A stretch of 64,000 bases of DNA from an uncultured Anaeroplasmatales bacterium (GCA_964634685.1 CAZWLD010000001.1:22696-86695); one strand, 5' to 3'. Shown: positions 44,572 through 55,725, counted from the first letter of the stretch. The notes: generated by a model not told the origin, from the letters alone. Program-made: numbers and translations.

Positions 44572-44661
44572 AACGAAAGACTTTTTTTCTTGATTAGGAA
44601 GATAAAAAACAGTTTTTATGTCGATTAGTTCAAATATTAAGTGCGATTTTTCTTTAAAATC

Positions 44662-44690
44662 TTGCAAAAAGAAAAAATATACACTATTAT
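44662..44690 (+). promoter_or_regulatory. Sigma-A-type promoter upstream of spo0A
   Basis: TTGCAA, 17-nt spacer, TATTAT, about 35 nt upstream of the ATG. SD AAAGGGGAGG follows. Confidence 0.5.
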
Positions 44691-44724
44691 ATAAGCAAGA
44701 AAAAAAGAGAAAGGGGAGGTTAAA

Positions 44725-45495
44725 ATGCCAAAAATCATTATTGCAGATGATAATAAGGATGTTGTATCATTTGTAAGCGAATTTTTGAGTATGCAACCAG
44801 AATTTACTGTTTCAAAGGTATACAATACGGGCAAAAGTTTACTTCAGGGATTAGAAACAGAAAGATGCGATTTATTACTATTAGATATTTTCATGCCCGA
44901 TTTAGATGGTATTCATGTTCTTGAGGAATTAAACAACAACCCAAAGAAATACCAAAGACCTAATAAAATCATTATGTTTACGGCATTTAATAACGAGTCA
45001 TTGATGCGTAAGGCTGGTGATTTAGGCTGCGATTACTTCATTATGAAGCCAGTTCAGCTTCCGAATTTACTTGATGTAATTAAAAGTGTTTTAAAGCCGG
45101 AGAAAAAGAATAATATGGCAGGCTTTAATCCATCCAGCGGAAACCTTGATACGGAGATTACGAGTATTCTTCATGAAATTGGGGTTCCTGCCCATATTAA
45201 GGGATATTTGTATTTGCGCGAATCGATTACAATGGTCTATAATGATATCGAGATCTTAGGTTCAATTACAAAAATATTATATCCGGTTGTCGCAAAAAAA
45301 TATAAAACAACCTCTTCCCGCGTTGAAAGAGCAATTCGTCACGCTATTGAGGTTGCTTGGAACCGAGGTAATGTTGATGCCATTTCATCAATATTTAGCT
45401 ACACGATTAGCTACAACAAATCAAAGCCAACCAACAGTGAATTTATTGCGATGCTTGCGGATAAATTAAGACTCGAACACCGTGTCGCATCATAA
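44725..45495 (+). CDS. spo0A: Sporulation master response regulator Spo0A
   Basis: Receiver domain (IIIADDN..., [13 protein letters not shown]) and the Spo0A-specific C-terminal signature [20 protein letters not shown]. Confidence 0.95.
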   Translation: MPKIIIADDNKDVVSFVSEFLSMQPEFTVSKVYNTGKSLLQGLETERCDLLLLDIFMPDLDGIHVLEELNNNPKKYQRPNKIIMFTAFNNESLMRKAGDLGCDYFIMKPVQLPNLLDVIKSVLKPEKKNNMAGFNPSSGNLDTEITSILHEIGVPAHIKGYLYLRESITMVYNDIEILGSITKILYPVVAKKYKTTSSRVERAIRHAIEVAWNRGNVDAISSIFSYTISYNKSKPTNSEFIAMLADKLRLEHRVAS

Positions 45496-45496
45496 A

Positions 45497-45522
45497 GATC
45501 AGCTTTATGCTGGTCTTTTTTT
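45497..45522 (+). terminator. Rho-independent terminator of spo0A
   Basis: Stem GATCAGC / GCTGGTC (one G-U pair), loop TTTAT, then T7. Confidence 0.75.
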
Positions 45523-45545
45523 ACGAAAAAAAAAGACCAAATGGT

Positions 45546-45719
45546 CTATTTTAAACATAACGAAATGATTAATGCTACTAAAGGAAGGATAACCATCGCT
45601 GCACATAAAACGATAATTACAATTCTTCCAACAGGAGTTTTTGCTGGATTTTTAGGAGCATATTTACTTGCGATTTCAACCTCGTTAACTGTTTTCTTTT
45701 TATTTTTGTTGTTTGCCAT
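45546..45719 (-). CDS. Small (57 aa) single-pass membrane protein with a lysine-rich N-terminus
   Basis: The minus-strand ATG at 45719 is preceded by SD GAGGTGA (5-nt spacer). Product MANNKNKKKT...RIVIIVLCAAMVILPLVALIISLCLK. The stop is embedded in a short hairpin (AGACC-ATTT-GGTCT) followed by T9 on the minus strand. Confidence 0.5.
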   Translation of the reverse strand: MANNKNKKKTVNEVEIASKYAPKNPAKTPVGRIVIIVLCAAMVILPLVALIISLCLK

Positions 45720-45793
45720 AATTTTCACCTCAAACATGATATAATATTAATATAAGCTAGAAATATTATACACTATTCTAAAGAAAAAAGGAA

Positions 45794-46975
45794 GTGATTT
45801 TTTTGAAAACTAATGTTAAAATTATCTTTCATGTTGATATGAATGCTTTTTTTGCGTCAGTTGAAGAAATAAAGTATCCTTTTTTAAAAGACAAACCCTT
45901 TGCGGTTGGGACAAGAAGCTCCAAAAGAGGAGTTTTATCGACGGCCAATTATGTAGCTCGTAAATATGGTGTTGGTAGTGCAATGTCGCAGGCTGAGGCT
46001 TTAAAAAAATGTCCTTCTCTTATTATTGTCGATTGTCATTTTGATTTATACCAAGAATATTCAATGATGTTTATGAACATTTTAAAGGAATATACAAATA
46101 TTTATATGCAGGCATCAGTAGATGAAGCTTATTTAGATATGACAAAGTATCTAGAGGATAAGGATGCCATCAAGGTCGCAAAGGAAATCCAAAATCGGCT
46201 CTTACATGAGCTCGGGTTACCTTGCTCGATTGGAATTGGACCGAATCTTTTTTTAGCTAAAATGGGCTCTGATTACAAAAAACCTTTAGGAATTACGGTT
46301 TTTAGATATCGTGATGTCCCGGAAAAGCTTTGGCCTCTTCCAATTGGTGATATGTATGGAATTGGTAAAAAAACCGTTCCCCGGCTTAATGCTTTAGGTA
46401 TCTATAAAATTGGTGATTTAGCTAATTTTCAAGACAAAGATAAGCTTCGTGAGGTCATGGGTGAAAAGTATTATTTAGATGTCATAAATAAAGCTAATGG
46501 AAGAGGAACCAATATCATCGATATGAATCCATACGTTGCAAATCAAAGCATTGGAAATTCAAGAACCTTTGATGAGGATTCGGATGATGAGGATGTTTTA
46601 AAGGGGCATCTAAAACGGATAACCAATTTGGTTTGTGATCGGTTAAATAAGCATAATTATTATGGAAAAACCGTTTCAATTATAATTAAATATTTTGATT
46701 TTACAAGCATCACTAGAAGTAAAACTATTTCTAAATACATATATTTGTTTGATGATGTTTATGAAATTGCCTCAGATTTATTTGATAAGAATTGGGATGG
46801 AAGAAGAGTTCGGTTGTTGGGAGTTACGGTATCTAACGTTATTGAAAGAACAAATATCCATAAGGATTATGATTTGTTTGATCTTGATATTATTGAAAAG
46901 GAACAAAAATTAATAGATGTAAAAAAGAATTTAGAAAATAAATTTGGGGCAGGGATTATTAAAAAAACAAAATGA
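45794..46975 (+). CDS. dinB: DNA polymerase IV (Y-family)
   Basis: IFHVDMNAFFASVEE, SIDEAYLD-like VDEAYLDMT, GIG.N.FLAK..SD.KKP. The true start is probably TTG 45803 (SD AAGGAAG). Confidence 0.9.
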   Translation: MIFLKTNVKIIFHVDMNAFFASVEEIKYPFLKDKPFAVGTRSSKRGVLSTANYVARKYGVGSAMSQAEALKKCPSLIIVDCHFDLYQEYSMMFMNILKEYTNIYMQASVDEAYLDMTKYLEDKDAIKVAKEIQNRLLHELGLPCSIGIGPNLFLAKMGSDYKKPLGITVFRYRDVPEKLWPLPIGDMYGIGKKTVPRLNALGIYKIGDLANFQDKDKLREVMGEKYYLDVINKANGRGTNIIDMNPYVANQSIGNSRTFDEDSDDEDVLKGHLKRITNLVCDRLNKHNYYGKTVSIIIKYFDFTSITRSKTISKYIYLFDDVYEIASDLFDKNWDGRRVRLLGVTVSNVIERTNIHKDYDLFDLDIIEKEQKLIDVKKNLENKFGAGIIKKTK

Positions 46976-46979
46976 TAAG

Positions 46980-47015
46980 AGAAATCTTTTCAAATTAAAA
47001 AGATTTCTTTTTTTA
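46980..47015 (+). terminator. Rho-independent terminator of dinB
   Basis: 11-bp stem AGAAATCTTTT / AAAAGATTTCT, 7-nt loop, T-run. Confidence 0.85.
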
Positions 47016-47067
47016 TAAGTAGATAGTAAATGAATAATTTTATTAATCAATATTATAGAATCTTTTC

Positions 47068-47098
47068 AAAAAAAAGCACTCCATATTTATGAAGTGCT
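47068..47098 (-). terminator. Rho-independent terminator of the pyrophosphatase gene
   Basis: On the minus strand: AGCACTTCAT-AAAT-ATGGAGTGCT followed by T8. Confidence 0.8.
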
Positions 47099-47115
47099 CT
47101 GAAAATATAAGAAAA

Positions 47116-49281
47116 TTATTTATTTAAGTTGATTTCTTCATCTAATTCGATCGTATATCCTTCAATTTCAATTGAAGAAGAAGTAAATGCTCTTTCTTCA
47201 TAAGATGTTGGTTCAATTTCAACCTCTTTGTTGAGATTAATTAAACCATTACCAAATAATCCAGCAAATACTAAAGAAACGATAGTCATTAATTTTATTA
47301 GGATATTGATTGATGGACCTGATGTATCCTTAAATGGGTCACCAACAGTGTCTCCGGTTACGGCTGCCTTGTGCGATTCGGAACCTTTTCCACCCATATT
47401 ACCATCCTCAATGTACTTTTTAGCATTATCCCAAGCTCCACCTGAATTTGCCATAAAGATAGCCATCATAACTCCTGAAGCTAAGGAACCGGCAAGAAGT
47501 CCACCTAAAGCTTCAGCTCCAAGAAGGAAGCCTGTCGCAAGCGGCGCAACAATTGCTAAAACACCAGGTAAAATCATTTCTTTTAAGGCGGCTATTGTTG
47601 AGATGTCAACGCATTTTTCATAATCAGGAAGATCAGTTCCTTCCATAATGCCAGGCTTTTCATGGAATTGTCTTCTGACCTCTTCAATCATTGAACCGGC
47701 GGCCTTACCAACACTCTTCATCGTCATTGAAGAGAAGAGGAAAGGAAGCATAGCTCCGATCAATAGACCAACAACTGTAGCTGGATTAGTAATATTAATT
47801 CCTGATAAACCAGCTGTTTGCGTGAATGAAATGAAAAGCGCTAGGCTTGTAAGAGCCGCTGAACCAATCGCAAATCCTTTTCCCATGGCAGCTGTTGTAT
47901 TACCAACCGCATCAAGCTTGTCGGTGATGTGTCTTACCTCGGGGTCAAGGGAAGCCATTTCGGCAATACCACCCGCGTTATCGGCAATTGGGCCGTAGGC
48001 ATCAACGGCAATTGTAATGGAAATTGTCGCAAGCATACCAACTGCAGCTAAGGAAATACCATATAATCCCATAACGAAGTAGGAAGCAATAATCGCAATA
48101 CCAATTAAGAGAATTGGAAGAGCAGTTGATTCCATACCGACAGATAAACCTGAAATGATATTTGTGGCTGGTCCGGTTTTTGATTGTTCGGAAATTTTCT
48201 TTACATAGTTGAAGTCACCACTAGTGTATAATTCGGTGATAATACCAATTAAAATACCTACGATTAAACCAATACCAATTGCGAAGAAGGCATTAAAGGA
48301 TTTAAAGAAAACATAGGATAAAATAAATGCTATTACAAGAAGAATACCACCACTACAATATGTTCCAATTTTTAGTGATTTTTGGGGACTCATAGTATCC
48401 TTTCCGCGAACACACAAGCATCCAATAATCGAAGCGATGATACCGGCTGCTGATAATAGTAATGGGAATAAAATGGAATTTAATAATAAAGAATCATTTC
48501 CAATATTCATTGTAATTGCGAGCGTTACTGATGCGATTAATGAACCAACATAGGATTCAAATAAATCGGCACCCATACCTGCAACATCACCAACATTATC
48601 ACCAACATTATCGGCAATAACAGCCGGGTTTCTTGGGTCATCCTCAGGAATACCCGCTTCGATTTTACCAACTAAATCGGCACCTACATCGGCAGCTTTC
48701 GTATAAACTCCACCGCCAACACGACCAAATAAAGCTATTGATGATGCTCCTAAACCGAAGCCTGTCATAATTGATGCAATGTCAGGATAAGGAATATGAC
48801 AAAGTCTAAAGACACAAATTGATAAGCATACACCTAATAAACCCAATCCGACAACACACATTCCCATGATGGTACCACCATTAAAGGCAATTCTTAAGGC
48901 TCGATGAATTCCCTTTTCCATCGCCGCATTAGCGGTTCTAGCGTTAGCGTTGGTTGCTGATCTCATACCAAAGAATCCAGCAAGGGCAGAAAGGACGCTA
49001 CCAAAGAGGAATGAACAAGCTGTTAGCCAAGAATTAACACATGTTCCGATTTGATTAGGATTTAAAAATAAACCGATAATTAAGAATAACACTACACAGA
49101 ATATTAAAAGAATCTTATACTCTCGAAATAAAAAAGCCATTGAACCCTTTTGAATGTAGGAAGACAATTCACGCATTCTTTCGTTTCCTGGACTTGTTCT
49201 TTTAATTTTAATGTGTAGGATAAATGCGTAGAATAGAGCGATAATTGCGACCCCGATTCCACAGAAAATAAGTAATTCCAT
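47116..49281 (-). CDS. hppA: Membrane-integral ion-translocating pyrophosphatase (K+-dependent subtype)
   Basis: [42 protein letters not shown]. Ala in [16 protein letters not shown] marks the K+-dependent class. The likely start is ATG 49281 (SD GGAGGAG) rather than GTG 49293. Confidence 0.9.
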   Translation of the reverse strand: MELLIFCGIGVAIIALFYAFILHIKIKRTSPGNERMRELSSYIQKGSMAFLFREYKILLIFCVVLFLIIGLFLNPNQIGTCVNSWLTACSFLFGSVLSALAGFFGMRSATNANARTANAAMEKGIHRALRIAFNGGTIMGMCVVGLGLLGVCLSICVFRLCHIPYPDIASIMTGFGLGASSIALFGRVGGGVYTKAADVGADLVGKIEAGIPEDDPRNPAVIADNVGDNVGDVAGMGADLFESYVGSLIASVTLAITMNIGNDSLLLNSILFPLLLSAAGIIASIIGCLCVRGKDTMSPQKSLKIGTYCSGGILLVIAFILSYVFFKSFNAFFAIGIGLIVGILIGIITELYTSGDFNYVKKISEQSKTGPATNIISGLSVGMESTALPILLIGIAIIASYFVMGLYGISLAAVGMLATISITIAVDAYGPIADNAGGIAEMASLDPEVRHITDKLDAVGNTTAAMGKGFAIGSAALTSLALFISFTQTAGLSGINITNPATVVGLLIGAMLPFLFSSMTMKSVGKAAGSMIEEVRRQFHEKPGIMEGTDLPDYEKCVDISTIAALKEMILPGVLAIVAPLATGFLLGAEALGGLLAGSLASGVMMAIFMANSGGAWDNAKKYIEDGNMGGKGSESHKAAVTGDTVGDPFKDTSGPSINILIKLMTIVSLVFAGLFGNGLINLNKEVEIEPTSYEERAFTSSSIEIEGYTIELDEEINLNK

Positions 49282-49534
49282 AAACTCCTCCACTTTTTTA
49301 TTAATATATTTACCTAATTATTATAACAAAGTATAAGCTAATAATCAATAAGAAGTTTTTTTTGCAATGTGATAAATTTTTGAAATGGTATGCTTTTCAT
49401 ATTTATTATGAATATGCTCTTGATTTTTTTAAGAAAAAAGATAGAATAATTAAAGGAAGATAAAATAAATAAAAAACGTTTCTTTTTCATTGTAATTATG
49501 GTATAATGATTAGTGAAATTTAGGAGGGAATCTC

Positions 49535-50191
49535 TTGGAAAATTTTAAGGTAGCAATTGATGGACCAGCTGGAAGTGGCAAATCAACAATTAGTAAGCTC
49601 TTAGCAAAAAAACTCGGCTATGTTCATATTGATACAGGGGCAATGTATCGAGCAATTACAATTGAAGCTATTAACCGCGGTATTGATTTGAAGGACCGCA
49701 ATGCCTATGGCTTTATCGATAGTGTCGATATCAAATATGTATCAGATCGTATTTATTTAAATGGTAAAGATGTTTCTGAAGAAATTAGAATGCCCTATGT
49801 AACCGAAAATGTATCAATGGTTTCGAGCATTCCATACGTAAGAGAAAGACTTTGCGATTTACAAAGAAAAGCGGCCAAGGAAGGCTTAATTGTAATGGAT
49901 GGAAGAGATATCGGCTACAATGTTTTACCTGATGCGAATTTAAAAATTTTCTTAGTCGCATCAATTGAGGAACGAACAAAAAGGAGAGCTCTTGAATTAG
50001 AAGCCAAAGGAATTCATGTCGATTTTGAAGAACTAAAGGAAGATTTAGTTAGAAGAGATTATGCAGATTCCAATCGCGACACATCGCCATTAAAAAAAGC
50101 TAATGATGCGATATTATTAGACACAACGGAATTAAGTATAGAGGAAGTTGTATTAGAAATTTGTAAGCTTATAGAAGGAAGGACAAAATAA
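49535..50191 (+). CDS. cmk: Cytidylate kinase
   Basis: TTG start 6 nt after AGGAGGG. VAIDGPAGSGKST, DTGAMYRA, GRDIG. Confidence 0.9.
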   Translation: MENFKVAIDGPAGSGKSTISKLLAKKLGYVHIDTGAMYRAITIEAINRGIDLKDRNAYGFIDSVDIKYVSDRIYLNGKDVSEEIRMPYVTENVSMVSSIPYVRERLCDLQRKAAKEGLIVMDGRDIGYNVLPDANLKIFLVASIEERTKRRALELEAKGIHVDFEELKEDLVRRDYADSNRDTSPLKKANDAILLDTTELSIEEVVLEICKLIEGRTK

Positions 50192-50192
50192 G

Positions 50193-51572
50193 ATGGATGG
50201 ATTTGATTTAAGTTTTCGTAAACCACGTAAAGAGGATGTAATTGAGGGAACAGTTGTCAGAGTAACTGAAGACATGGTATACCTTGATATCAATTTTATA
50301 TCTGAGGGAATTATCCATAAGGATAAATTCACAACTGAAAATGTGGATTTAAGAACAATTGTTAAGGAAGGCGACGTTATCAAGGCGGTTGTTAAGGATG
50401 TTCGTGATGAAGAGCATACTTATGTATTAATGAGTCGTTTACCTTTACTAAAGGAAGAAAAGTTTTTAGAAATTAAAAAGCTTTTCAAAAATAAAGAGGT
50501 TATTACGGCTAAGGTTGTAAAAAATGCTAATGATAAAGGATTAGTATTAAATTATCTTGGATTTGAAATTTTTGTTCCAGAGGGACAAATAGAATTAAAT
50601 GAAAAACCAGTTTTAGCTAACTATGTTGGAAAAAATTTAAATGTTTTAATTACAGATGTTGATGATTCTAAGAAGAGAATTGTCGCTTCTCATCGCACTA
50701 TTCTATGGAATGAATATAAGGAAGCTCGTCAAAAGGAATTAGAAAGCATCAATGTTGGTGATGTTTTAACCGGTACTGTTTCGGAAATTAAGCCTTATGG
50801 AGCTTTAGTAAAATTCCAATATAATCAAGGATTATTAAAAATTGGCAATATTGCGCACACACGCGTTGAGAAAATTGAGGATGCCGTAAAGGTTGGCGAT
50901 AGCGTATTAGTTAAGGTTATTGCTAAGGATGGAAACAAAATTGATTTATCAAAGAAGGCTTTATTAAAAACACCTTATGAATTGTATGCTGAGGCTCACA
51001 AGGTATCTGATACGGTACCAGGTAAGGTTCTTCAAAAGCTTCCATTCGGAATTATCCTTGAACTAGATAAGGATGTTACAGGATTATTACACAAAAATGA
51101 ATTTTCTTGGAATCCAAATGATAATTTTGAAAGCTATGTTAAAATTGGTGATGTTTTAAATCTTGCAATTACGAAGATTGACACAAAGGCAAAGAAAATT
51201 TCCTTAAGTAAAAAAGCCTTAGAGGATAATCCTTGGGCTCGTGTTGATGCCAAGGTTGGAGATTTAGCTACTGCCACTGTTGATGCAATTATTCCTGGAA
51301 AGGGCTTAGAAGTAACCGCTTATGGTGTTAAAGGCTTCATTCCAGCTTCTGAATTATCAAATAAGGATCGTGTCAATAAAATTGAGGATTTCTTTGCTGT
51401 TGGTGATGAGGTTAAGGGACGCGTAATTGAGGTTAATAAAGCTGAATGGATTTTAAAAATTTCAATCCGTCGTTTAGAAGCTGAAATTGAAAGAAAGCAA
51501 TTTGAGGAATATAAACAAGATGATGCTCCTTCAATGACTCTAGGAGATCGCTTCAAGGATTTATTAAAATAA
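50193..51572 (+). CDS. rpsA: Ribosomal protein S1-like protein (four S1 domains)
   Basis: Repeated S1 OB-fold starts GTVVRV..., AKVVKN..., [45 protein letters not shown]. cmk-rpsA synteny as in Bacillus. Confidence 0.8.
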   Translation: MDGFDLSFRKPRKEDVIEGTVVRVTEDMVYLDINFISEGIIHKDKFTTENVDLRTIVKEGDVIKAVVKDVRDEEHTYVLMSRLPLLKEEKFLEIKKLFKNKEVITAKVVKNANDKGLVLNYLGFEIFVPEGQIELNEKPVLANYVGKNLNVLITDVDDSKKRIVASHRTILWNEYKEARQKELESINVGDVLTGTVSEIKPYGALVKFQYNQGLLKIGNIAHTRVEKIEDAVKVGDSVLVKVIAKDGNKIDLSKKALLKTPYELYAEAHKVSDTVPGKVLQKLPFGIILELDKDVTGLLHKNEFSWNPNDNFESYVKIGDVLNLAITKIDTKAKKISLSKKALEDNPWARVDAKVGDLATATVDAIIPGKGLEVTAYGVKGFIPASELSNKDRVNKIEDFFAVGDEVKGRVIEVNKAEWILKISIRRLEAEIERKQFEEYKQDDAPSMTLGDRFKDLLK

Positions 51573-51591
51573 TTATAAAGTAGGTGTTTTT

Positions 51592-52899
51592 ATGCTACCA
51601 AAGGTTGCGATTGTCGGACGTGCCAACGTTGGTAAGTCCACATTATTTAATCGTATTATTGGTGAAAAGCTATCAATTACTGATGATCAGCCTGGAGTAA
51701 CAAGAGACCGAATTTATGCTAAGGGAACATGGATTGGCGTTGATTTTGATTTGATTGATACAGGTGGAATCGAGCTATCCGATGCTCCTTTTTTAGTAGA
51801 AATCAAGGCGCAAGCGCAAATCGCTATTGAGGAAGCCGATGTTATTGTTTTTGTTACAGATTGCCGTAATGGTATTACAAGTGAGGATATGGCCGTCGCA
51901 AAAATGCTTTATTCCTCGAAAAAGCCGGTTATCTTAGCGGTTAATAAGGTTGATGATCAAAAATTTGTTGATATGCTATATGAATTTTACGCTTTAGGCT
52001 TAGGTGATCCAATTCCAGTTTCGAGTGCCCATGGTATTGGTGTTGGAGATTTACTAGATAAAATCGTGGAAGCCTTGCCAGAAAAGAAGGAAGAGGAATA
52101 TAGTGAAGAAACAATTAGGTTCTCTTTAATTGGAAGGCCCAATGTTGGAAAATCTTCATTGGTAAATGCTATATTAGGTACAGAAAGAGTTATTGTATCC
52201 GATATTGCCGGAACGACTCGTGATTCCATTGATACTCCTTTTACGCGCGATAAAAAGGATTATGTTGTTATTGATACAGCTGGAATTAGAAAACGTGGTA
52301 AAATTTACGAAAATGCGGAAAAATATAGTATTTTAAGAGCCTTAAGCGCTATTGAACGTAGTAGTGTCGTTTTATTAGTTATCAATGCCGAGGAAGGAAT
52401 CCAAGAACAAGACAAGCATGTCGGTGGCTATATCAAGGATAATGGTAAGGCTTGTTGCATTGTTGTCAATAAATGGGATGCCTTAACTAAGGATGAATAT
52501 ACGATGAAGAAATGGACGGATGAAATTCGCGAGCATTTCAAATATCTATCCTTTGCGCCAATTTGCTTTGTATCGGCTAAGGATAATAAACGAATTCATA
52601 CCATTTTTCCAGAATTAGAAAAGGCCTTTGCGAATTATCAAAGACGTCTTCCTACCTCGATTTTAAATGATGTTGTTATGGATTCAGTCGCAATGAACCC
52701 ACCTTCTCAATTCAATAACGGGGTCGCAAAATTTTATTATGCAACCCAGGTTTCGATTGAACCACCAACCTTTGTTATTTTTGTTAATGACGAGAATTAT
52801 GTTCATTTTTCTTACGCTAGATATTTAGAAAATCGCTTAAGAACGGTCTTTGATTTTGAAGGAACCCCAATTAAAATTATTTTCCGAAGGAGAGATTGA
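51592..52899 (+). CDS. der: Ribosome-associated GTPase Der/EngA
   Basis: Two G-domains (GRANVGKST...DTGG; GRPNVGKSS...DTAG...NKWD) plus a KH-like C-terminus. Confidence 0.93.
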   Translation: MLPKVAIVGRANVGKSTLFNRIIGEKLSITDDQPGVTRDRIYAKGTWIGVDFDLIDTGGIELSDAPFLVEIKAQAQIAIEEADVIVFVTDCRNGITSEDMAVAKMLYSSKKPVILAVNKVDDQKFVDMLYEFYALGLGDPIPVSSAHGIGVGDLLDKIVEALPEKKEEEYSEETIRFSLIGRPNVGKSSLVNAILGTERVIVSDIAGTTRDSIDTPFTRDKKDYVVIDTAGIRKRGKIYENAEKYSILRALSAIERSSVVLLVINAEEGIQEQDKHVGGYIKDNGKACCIVVNKWDALTKDEYTMKKWTDEIREHFKYLSFAPICFVSAKDNKRIHTIFPELEKAFANYQRRLPTSILNDVVMDSVAMNPPSQFNNGVAKFYYATQVSIEPPTFVIFVNDENYVHFSYARYLENRLRTVFDFEGTPIKIIFRRRD

Positions 52900-53900
52900 T
52901 GATGAATATTACAGTTATTGGCGGTGGTTCGTGGGGAACTACCCTTGCCCAGGTTTTAACCGATAATGGTCATACTTGCTTAATCTATGACATTAACGCA
53001 AGCTTTGTCGATGCGATTAATAATACGCACATTCATCCCTTTTTTACGGATGTTGTTTTACCAGAATCAATAAGAGCAACCTTAGATTTAGAAAAGGCTG
53101 TTAATTTTAGTGATTATCTTTTATTAGCCGTTCCAACAAAGGTTATGCGTGAGGTTGTATTACGCGGTATTAATAAATTGTTAACCTCACCTAAGGTTTT
53201 TATCAATGTTTCAAAAGGAATCGAGCCAGGAACTCTAAAAAGGATAAGTGAGATTGTTGAAGAAGAAATTGATCCTAAGTATTTAAAGGGCTTTGTTGTT
53301 TTAACAGGTCCATCCCATGCGGAAGAGGTAATTTTACGAAAACTTACCGTTTTAGTTAGTGCTAGTAAGAATCATGAGCTTGCCAAAGAGGTTCAATTAT
53401 TATTCTCTAATGATAAATATCTTCGTGTTTATACTTCAAATGATCTAATTGGCTGTGAGCTTGGTGGAGCTATTAAAAATGCGATTGCGGTTGTTAGTGG
53501 TATTTCAACGGGGCTTGGCTTAGGCGAAAATGCTCGTGCGGCATTAATTAGCCGTGGAGTCTTAGAAATTGTTGCGATTGTTGAGGCCTTAGGCGGTAAA
53601 AAGGAAACGGCCTTTGGATTGACTGGTATTGGCGATTTAATTGTTACTGCTAGCAGTGAAAATAGCCGCAATTTCCGTGCTGGTAAGAAAATTGGTCTTG
53701 GGGAGAATGTTTTAGATGTTGTTAATAATTCAACCCAAACTGTTGAAGGAGTAAGAACAATTGTTGCGGCTAATCAAATTGCCGAGCAATATAATTTAAC
53801 CCTACCAATTATTCAAACGGCATATCAAGTCTTGTTTAATGGTCTTGAAGCTAAAGAAGCGGTATATAAGCTTTTATCAAGAGCCCTTAAAATGGAATAA
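52896..53900 (+). CDS. gpsA: NAD(P)H-dependent glycerol-3-phosphate dehydrogenase
   Basis: [28 protein letters not shown]. The start is probably ATG 52899 or 52902 (SD GAAGGAGAG). Overlaps the der stop. Confidence 0.9.
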   Translation: MMMNITVIGGGSWGTTLAQVLTDNGHTCLIYDINASFVDAINNTHIHPFFTDVVLPESIRATLDLEKAVNFSDYLLLAVPTKVMREVVLRGINKLLTSPKVFINVSKGIEPGTLKRISEIVEEEIDPKYLKGFVVLTGPSHAEEVILRKLTVLVSASKNHELAKEVQLLFSNDKYLRVYTSNDLIGCELGGAIKNAIAVVSGISTGLGLGENARAALISRGVLEIVAIVEALGGKKETAFGLTGIGDLIVTASSENSRNFRAGKKIGLGENVLDVVNNSTQTVEGVRTIVAANQIAEQYNLTLPIIQTAYQVLFNGLEAKEAVYKLLSRALKME

Positions 53901-53945
53901 CAAAAATAAATCTTCTGCATAATTTAAGTGTGGGAGGTTTTTCTT

Positions 53946-54182
53946 TTGAATATTGGACGAATTTTTAGTTTATTAAGTGATTCAAATATTAATAAGGATG
54001 AAGTTTTTAAGCTTGTTGATCGCATCAAGCAAATGGATTTAGATGATGAGGAAAATTTGCGAAGCGTGATTAGGCAAGCAGCTGTCGTTGCCAATCGTAA
54101 TTTATCAAATGAATTGGAAGAGGAATTAGTTAAAAAAATTCAGCGGGAAGGGTTAACCGCAAATCTTTTAGATTATTTATAA
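53946..54182 (+). CDS. SpoVIF-family small sporulation protein (78 aa)
   Basis: DEENLRSVIRQAAVVANRNLSNELEEELVKKI parallels the DENTVRSVINRVAQMANRRVPKELEDKIV core of B. subtilis SpoVIF/YjcC as I recall it. TTG start 8 nt after GGGAGG. Located just upstream of spoIVA. Confidence 0.5.
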   Translation: MNIGRIFSLLSDSNINKDEVFKLVDRIKQMDLDDEENLRSVIRQAAVVANRNLSNELEEELVKKIQREGLTANLLDYL

Positions 54183-54260
54183 AAAGAAGATTTTAAGCTT
54201 CTTTTTTTTATTACGCGGGCATATATTTAATTGAAATATATAATGTGGGGAGTTTAGATT

Positions 54261-55718
54261 ATGAATAATGATGCCTTATTAAGTATTGTAAATAGAACTA
54301 AGGGTGAGTTTTTTATTGGCGTTGTTGGAAGTGTTAGATCGGGAAAATCAACATTTATTAAAAGATTTATTGAAATAAAGGCTTTGCCCTATATCAATGA
54401 TGAATTTTTAAAAAACAAGGTCATTGATGAGTTACCGCAAAGCTCATCTGGAAAACAAATTATGACTGTAGAGCCGAAATTTGTTCCACAAGCAGCGCTT
54501 CCTTTAGTCATCAATGAAGAAACAACGATAAATATGCGTTTAGTTGATTCAGTTGGATATGTCATTCCAAGTGCGATTGGCTATAGTACCGAGGAAGGAC
54601 CACGTTTAGTTAAAACACCTTGGCTCGAGGAACCAATTCCTTTTAAGGAAGCTGCGGAATTAGGAACTAAAAAGGTTATTATAAATCATTCGAATATTGG
54701 AATAATCATAACCTCTGATGGTAGCTTTGGTGATTTTTCAAGAAGTGATTATGAGGCCAATGAACGAATATTAATTGAGGAACTTCAAAGCTTGGAAAAG
54801 CCCTTTGTTGTCGTATTAAACAGTGCTACACCTAATGGTAATGAAGCCCAAATTATAAAAAATTCAATTGAAAAAGCTTATGATATTCCAGTTGTTTGCA
54901 TTAATGTAATCGAGATGACAGATTCGGATATTGATCGCATTTTATCAAAAGCCTTGGAGGAATTTCCAATTTCCGAATTAGATATCAAGCTTCCTTCTTG
55001 GTTAAGCGCTTTAGATAGTACCTTTAGTATTAAAAATAGCTTTAATGAAACAATTGATGAAGCAACAAAGGCTTTTAAAAAATTTAAGCATATTGAAAAA
55101 ATTAAAGAAGCTTTATCCCAAAATAGTGAATTTAAGGAGGTCAGTATTTCCGCAATTGATCCATCAATTGGAAAGGCTGAAATCAAAATTTCCTGTGATG
55201 ATTCCTTGTATTATTCGATTCTAGATGATATTTTTGAAGAGAAAATCGAAACCCGAGGAGACTTTATCCGCATTCTTCAAGAAATGAAAATCGGAAAAAA
55301 GGAATATGATAATGTTAAGCAAGCCCTAGAATGTGTTAAGCAAACGGGATATGGGGTTTCATTACCTAACAAAGAGGAAATGACATTAGCTAAGCCTGAG
55401 GTTATCAAGCAAGGAAGTCGCTATGGAATTAAACTCAAAGCCATTGCCCCTTCAATTCATATGATCAAGGTCGATGTTGAATCAACCTTTGAGCCAATCA
55501 TTGGAAGTGAAGAGCAAAGTAAGAATTTAATGAATTCGATGGATAAGGACGATATTTGGGACCAAGAGATCTTTGGAAGGTCAATAAGTGAAGTGGTAAG
55601 TGATGGAATTAAAGCCAAAATTCATACGATTCCTGAGGGCGCTAAAGCCAAATTCCGCGAGACGTTAGAAAAGATTGTCAATAACGGAAATGGCGGCTTA
55701 ATTGCCATTATTTTGTAG
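54261..55718 (+). CDS. spoIVA: Stage IV sporulation protein A (spore-coat basement-layer ATPase)
   Basis: N-terminus ...IVNRTKGEFFIGVVGSVRSGKSTFIKRF matches the SpoIVA Walker A region. 485 aa. gpsA-spoIVA-hbs synteny. Confidence 0.93.
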   Translation: MNNDALLSIVNRTKGEFFIGVVGSVRSGKSTFIKRFIEIKALPYINDEFLKNKVIDELPQSSSGKQIMTVEPKFVPQAALPLVINEETTINMRLVDSVGYVIPSAIGYSTEEGPRLVKTPWLEEPIPFKEAAELGTKKVIINHSNIGIIITSDGSFGDFSRSDYEANERILIEELQSLEKPFVVVLNSATPNGNEAQIIKNSIEKAYDIPVVCINVIEMTDSDIDRILSKALEEFPISELDIKLPSWLSALDSTFSIKNSFNETIDEATKAFKKFKHIEKIKEALSQNSEFKEVSISAIDPSIGKAEIKISCDDSLYYSILDDIFEEKIETRGDFIRILQEMKIGKKEYDNVKQALECVKQTGYGVSLPNKEEMTLAKPEVIKQGSRYGIKLKAIAPSIHMIKVDVESTFEPIIGSEEQSKNLMNSMDKDDIWDQEIFGRSISEVVSDGIKAKIHTIPEGAKAKFRETLEKIVNNGNGGLIAIIL

Positions 55719-55725
55719 GAATTTC

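Noticed and set aside
45541-45744. Plus-strand 67-aa ORF after spo0A.
   Set aside because: It starts inside the terminator region with no SD. The minus-strand mirror ORF has better translation and termination signals.
47228-47998. Two plus-strand ORFs (131 and 116 aa) antisense to hppA.
   Set aside because: These are typical shadow ORFs opposite a relatively GC-rich, highly conserved membrane-protein gene. The products are Pro/Ala-rich nonsense with no RBS.
53900-53926. Sigma-K-like promoter (AC-N16-CATAATTTA) upstream of the spoVIF-like gene.
   Set aside because: The predicted start site would fall on or inside the GGGAGG ribosome-binding site (53932-53937). The match could be fortuitous in AT-rich DNA, so it is kept only as a weak note under the sigma-E motif finding.
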